This document shows positions 52,964-56,555 of a stretch of DNA of 56,555 nucleotides, one piece after another; position 1 is the stretch's first letter; each line of letters opens with the position of its first letter. The notes beneath the pieces are model-generated. The model ran no database searches and was not told the origin of the DNA. It worked only from the letters and a program-made list of their open reading frames with translations. Where the stretch lies: the NCBI GenBank assembly GCA_011191985.1, contig DUEU01000062.1, positions 1 to 56,555 of the forward strand, read 5' to 3'. The position numbers and the translations under genes were made by a program. The DNA comes from Dehalococcoidia bacterium. Lineage in GTDB: Bacteria > Chloroflexota > Dehalococcoidia > Dehalococcoidales > W111.

Positions 52964-54157
52964 ATGAAAATTAAACCTTCACCCTTCTTGCTGCTGTGTA
53001 TCATGGGTGGGCTGGCCATTTTCAGCTCGACGATGGCCAAGAACCCGGTCCTGCCGTTATTTATCCGCTCCCTGGAAGTACCCATATCCGTGGTGGGCTT
53101 CATTGCGGCGGCGTCTACTCTGGTTGGCATCGTCGTCAGCCTGCCGGCCGGTGTCCTGTCTGATGTTATCGGTCGCCGCCGGGTCATCCTGATTGCCGCC
53201 GTCATCTTTGCCACGGCGCCATTCCTTTACTTACTGATCACTGCACCGTGGCAGTTGATCACGGTTCGTATTTACCACGGCCTAGCCACGGCGATACTGG
53301 GGCCGGTAGCCATGGCCGCCGTTGCCGACACCTTCGACGAGAAACGCGGGGAACGCATGGGCTGGTATTCATCGGCGACAATGGTCGGCCGTTTTATGGC
53401 ACCTTTTGTGGGCGGGGCGTTAATCTTCGGGGACGATTTTCGCTGGGTGTTTCTAGCTACCGGTACTATTGGCGTCCTATCGCTGGTAGCGGCTTTCAGC
53501 CTGTCTCTTTCTAAGGCACCCGCCAGTTCACCCGGAGAACCGCGCAAGCCCGAGCGCGGCGATATACTCAAAGACATTATCGCCGTTGTAGCCCATCGCG
53601 GTATCCTGGCAACAAGCGTAATTGAGGCAGTGCAGTATTTTGCCTTTGGCTGTCTTGAAGTCTTCCTGCCTATATATCTGCACGAGCAAGCTGGTTTTTC
53701 ACCGCTTTGGATTGGCCTGCTATTTACCGTTCAGATACTGGTGGCGACACTTACCAAACCCATTATGGGGCACCTGTCTGACCGCTACGGCCGGCGGCCA
53801 CTGATTACCGCTGGTCTGGCACTCGGCGGAATTGCCATGGCCCTTATTACCTGTTGGCAACAATATCTGGTAATAGTCTTTCTTGCGGGACTGTTCGGTC
53901 TGGGACTGGCTACCGTCACCGCAGCCAGCGCCGCCTTGGTGGCCGACCTTTCCCCGCCTTCCCGACACGGCAGTGCCCTGGGAGTACTGGCCAGTGTTAT
54001 GGATATCGGTCACGCCACCGGTCCTATGGTCGGTGGTCTGCTCATTGCTGTCTACAACTACAGCACGGCGTTCGGGATAGTGGGCGCTGGCGTTATAGTG
54101 GTTGGTCTTGTTTTTTGGCCCTTTACGCGTGGCATCCCCACGGCTTCTAAAAAGTGA
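52964..54157 (+). CDS. MFS transporter
   Basis: 397 aa, about 12 TM helices. The loop 2-3 motif GVLSDVIGRRRV recurs in the second half as GHLSDRYGRRPL. Confidence 0.8.
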   Translation: MKIKPSPFLLLCIMGGLAIFSSTMAKNPVLPLFIRSLEVPISVVGFIAAASTLVGIVVSLPAGVLSDVIGRRRVILIAAVIFATAPFLYLLITAPWQLITVRIYHGLATAILGPVAMAAVADTFDEKRGERMGWYSSATMVGRFMAPFVGGALIFGDDFRWVFLATGTIGVLSLVAAFSLSLSKAPASSPGEPRKPERGDILKDIIAVVAHRGILATSVIEAVQYFAFGCLEVFLPIYLHEQAGFSPLWIGLLFTVQILVATLTKPIMGHLSDRYGRRPLITAGLALGGIAMALITCWQQYLVIVFLAGLFGLGLATVTAASAALVADLSPPSRHGSALGVLASVMDIGHATGPMVGGLLIAVYNYSTAFGIVGAGVIVVGLVFWPFTRGIPTASKK

Positions 54158-54282
54158 CGGCCTCGCTAAGCCGGACGCGAACCGTCCGCGGTAAAATATA
54201 TTACGCCAGTGGGTAGCCCCCCAACGAAACTGGTCGGAGGCGCGTTATCCACTGGCGCAATTGCAAACTTAATATCGTTTAA

Positions 54283-55458
54283 CTACAGTAGCGAAGGTAC
54301 TTCCGTCGAGGCATCTATCAACTCTTTGAGCTTGGCCTCAATGTCCACCTGTTTCCGGTCTTTTTCCTGAATCAGCCCGGGCAGTCTGCGGTAATATTCC
54401 CTTACCTTTTCCACGTCCTTGAACTGAGATAGAATGACCGTAGTCCTGAGCGAGCTCTGTTTCCGCGGGTAGTCACCGTAGCGAATTATGGCGTCGGGGG
54501 CTATCTCCCTCAGTGACTCGCCCAGCTCTTTGACCAGGTCCATATTCATCTCGTTGCTCGGGGCAGAAAGCAGGTACAGGGCACTGCCGGAATCCGCAGT
54601 GTTACACCTGAGGGACAAGTTGCTTATTGCCTGGTCCATCGCCTGTATGCCCTTATGTGTTTCCGTGCTCTTCTTCCTGAAGTTACGCGTCCGGTAGAAG
54701 GGGATTCGAATCGGCGACAGCTGCGACTCACCGTAGCCCAGAACCGTCCACCCGGATAGTGTTTGGATAATATCGCCCGCGTCAAGCAGTCTGGCGCCAA
54801 CATTCTTGGCCTTCTTCTCTTCGCCGGCACAGAGTACATCATAGAACGGCTCAACGATTAACCGGTTTATGGCCGCCATGTTGTTGACCAGGGAAGCGTC
54901 CTTTTTAACATACCGCTGGTTATCCACCAGGAACACGGCGTCTGATATCGAGAAAGTTGCCTTGAGACAGGTAGCCGAGTTATGAATTGTTCTTGCCTCG
55001 GTCACCTCTTCATGCTCAAAAGGCAGCACCACCAGGGCGTATACCGGCTTGTCACCATGTCGCTCTTTTATACTCTTGGCAATTACCGGCATCGAGCCAG
55101 AACCGGTGCCACCAGCCACACCGGCTATCATGAGGAAGGCATCCGCCTCATAGAAACGGTTCGCCGACCGTATGGCATCAATAACCTTGTCGCCATCTTC
55201 CCGGGCTATCTCGGCACCCATCTCATTGACCTTACCGACACCATGACTGTTAGTTTTGCGGTTACCGATTAGGATCCGATGCTGGTAATCGGACTTAATA
55301 CTGGTCAGGCTACCCAAATCAGCCGCATCGGTATTTACCGCAAAGACACCGCTTACTATTTCAATACCACGGCGACCACGGGCGCGGGCATTCAGACGGG
55401 AAAACTCGTCGGCAACCTTACTTCCGCATTGTCCAAATCCTACGACTACTAGTTTCAT
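54283..55458 (-). CDS. Tubulin/FtsZ-superfamily GTPase, CetZ-like (not canonical FtsZ)
   Basis: The start is set at the ATG at 55458, 5 nt after GGAGG (55468-64). The ORF-track start is 55470. Motifs: MKLVVVGFGQCGSKVADEF (tubulin/CetZ-like T1 loop), AGVAGGTGSGSMPVIA (T4 signature), VFLVDNQ, and a C-terminal domain ...LDAGDIIQTLSGWTVLGYG... Confidence 0.8.
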   Translation of the reverse strand: MKLVVVGFGQCGSKVADEFSRLNARARGRRGIEIVSGVFAVNTDAADLGSLTSIKSDYQHRILIGNRKTNSHGVGKVNEMGAEIAREDGDKVIDAIRSANRFYEADAFLMIAGVAGGTGSGSMPVIAKSIKERHGDKPVYALVVLPFEHEEVTEARTIHNSATCLKATFSISDAVFLVDNQRYVKKDASLVNNMAAINRLIVEPFYDVLCAGEEKKAKNVGARLLDAGDIIQTLSGWTVLGYGESQLSPIRIPFYRTRNFRKKSTETHKGIQAMDQAISNLSLRCNTADSGSALYLLSAPSNEMNMDLVKELGESLREIAPDAIIRYGDYPRKQSSLRTTVILSQFKDVEKVREYYRRLPGLIQEKDRKQVDIEAKLKELIDASTEVPSLL

Positions 55459-55774
55459 CTTTACCTCCATGTTTCAGTTTCTGGCATTGGTATCACCAAT
55501 TTAATTCTAACCGAGATTAACCGATTGTAAATAGAGAGATGGTAGGACTCGGCCCTAGTACTATCGGTTGGCGGATTGCCTGGCCCAAACCGGCATGTCA
55601 AAACCTGCGGGATAATAGTGCCAGCTGTCACTCCATTTGGTCTGCTGTTAAACATTCAAGCATTTTTACCGGTATCATTCCATTCTTGCGTGTATTTCCA
55701 CACACAGCAATGTAAACAAATTTTATTCCCAATGATGGGGTAAAATCACCACCAGCCCGGTGACATAGTACCTA

Positions 55775-55803
55775 TTGACAATTGTCCACAGGCCTCTTAT
55801 AAT
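55775..55803 (+). promoter_or_regulatory. Consensus sigma70-type promoter upstream of the nucleotidyltransferase gene
   Basis: TTGACA (55775-80), an exact 17-nt spacer, then TATAAT (55798-803). Confidence 0.6.
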
Positions 55804-55874
55804 TATTCATAACCGCTATGCAAGACAACACCCCATATAACACAGTTTCAGATATACCAGATAGTGAGTCGGGT

Positions 55875-56555
55875 ATGCAGGTAGCCATACTGGCCGGAGG
55901 CATGGCGAAAAGGCTGGGGAGCTTGACCAGCAATCGACCCAAGTCCTTGATTGAAATATCTGGGAAACCCTTTCTGGAGTACCAGCTCGACTTCCTCAGG
56001 AAGGGCGGCATAACGAAGGTGGTCCTCTGCCTTGGTCACATGGGCGAGCAGATTGCCCGACATTTCGGAGAGGGCAGGCGCTGCGGGGTGAGCATCAGTT
56101 ACAGTTTTGAGGATAGTCTGTTGGGCACGGCCGGGGCACTCAGGAGAGCGCGGCGTCTCCTTGACGACAGCTTCTTCGTCATGTACGGCGATTCATACCT
56201 GTTTCCCGACTTCAACCAGGTCATGGCCTTCTTCAATTCCCATAAAAAGCTTGCCCTCATGACCGTCTATAAGAACTATGACCGCTATGATAGAAGTAAC
56301 ACGGTGGTTGAAGGAAACCTGGTAAAGCTATACAGCAAGACGGAAAAGACTGATGACATGATATATATTGATTACGGCCTGAACATTTTGAGCCAGGACT
56401 GCCTTGAATTCATACCAGAGAACCAGCTCTATTCGCTGGAAGAACTCTTTACCAGGCTTATAGAGAAAGAGGAGCTCCTCGCCTTTGAGGTAAAGGAGCG
56501 TTTCTATGAGATAGGCTCACCGCAAGGGCTAAAAGAGTTTGAAAATTTTGCCAGA
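55875..56555 (+). CDS. Sugar-phosphate nucleotidyltransferase (NTP_transferase family), 3' end cut by the window edge
   Basis: Absent from the ORF track because it runs off the window. My translation gives MQVAILAGGMAKRLGSLTSNRPKSLIEISGKPFLEYQLDFLRKGGITKVVLCLGH...LLGTAGAL...YGDSY... An in-frame alternative ATG at 55818 would be nearly leaderless relative to the promoter. Confidence 0.8.
   Translation, partial: MQVAILAGGMAKRLGSLTSNRPKSLIEISGKPFLEYQLDFLRKGGITKVVLCLGHMGEQIARHFGEGRRCGVSISYSFEDSLLGTAGALRRARRLLDDSFFVMYGDSYLFPDFNQVMAFFNSHKKLALMTVYKNYDRYDRSNTVVEGNLVKLYSKTEKTDDMIYIDYGLNILSQDCLEFIPENQLYSLEELFTRLIEKEELLAFEVKERFYEIGSPQGLKEFENFAR

Noticed and set aside
54283-55470. The cell-division protein FtsZ.
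   Set aside because: It lacks the FtsZ N-terminal GVGGGGxNAV motif, the GGGTGTG T4 loop and the conserved C-terminal peptide. It is not in a dcw/ftsA context. I called it CetZ/tubulin-like instead.
1-56555. A search by eye of all intergenic gaps longer than 70 nt for tRNA (including tRNA-Sec near selB), rRNA, CRISPR repeats and IS/transposase genes.
   Set aside because: I saw no T-loop-like GTTCGAATC/GGTTCGA motifs, no regularly spaced direct repeats and no transposase-like ORFs. A tRNAscan/Infernal run would be the decisive check.

Overview
This 56.5-kb window looks like an ordinary, densely coded chromosomal segment of an anaerobic bacterium. My guess is Chloroflexota/Dehalococcoidia-like, inferred from gene content only. 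I support about 46 protein-coding genes. I found no rRNA, tRNA, CRISPR array, transposase or prophage. Two genes run off the window edges and are therefore missing from the supplied ORF track. One is a giant activase fusion on the minus strand (1..3646). The other is a sugar-phosphate nucleotidyltransferase on the plus strand (55875..56555).

Main blocks:
1. 1-13.9 kb: a divergent redox/CoA-ester locus. It holds the activase fusion, three family-III CoA-transferases, a soluble fumarate-reductase-type flavoprotein, a NuoF-like protein, a NuoG-N-terminus/GltD fusion and a MaoC hydratase.
2. 14-18.2 kb: an M28 peptidase and a 1063-aa surface protein with an internal triple repeat.
3. 18.5-23.7 kb: an HTH regulator followed by the siroheme-dependent (Ahb) heme pathway and hemA.
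4. 23.9-25.7 kb: a DUF1847-like Cys-rich protein and an Mrp-like ATPase that lacks the CxxC motif.
5. 25.7-33.7 kb: a LysR regulator divergent from a seven-gene minus-strand string (LivKHMGF-type ABC importer, corrinoid protein, URO-D-family methyltransferase).
6. 33.8-39.3 kb: a PEP-utilizing swivel-domain protein, an SDR, a C_GCAxxG_C_C protein and a tungsten-type aldehyde:ferredoxin oxidoreductase.
7. 39.4-56.5 kb: mostly housekeeping genes (NfeD, nitroreductase, pcm, Xer recombinase, uvrC, HAD, PpiC foldase, selB, ccdA, trpS, MFS). Interspersed are two archaeal/eukaryote-flavoured GTPases, one DRG-like and one CetZ/tubulin-like.

Several genes appear to use TTG starts (8812, 14959, 19161, 47865) or a GTG start (51121). 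No single obvious novel system stands out. The candidates most worth following up are the redox/CoA locus, the CetZ-like tubulin homologue in a bacterial context, the triple-repeat surface protein, and the import-plus-corrinoid-methyltransferase operon. All functional calls rest on motif recognition by eye; no database search was run.
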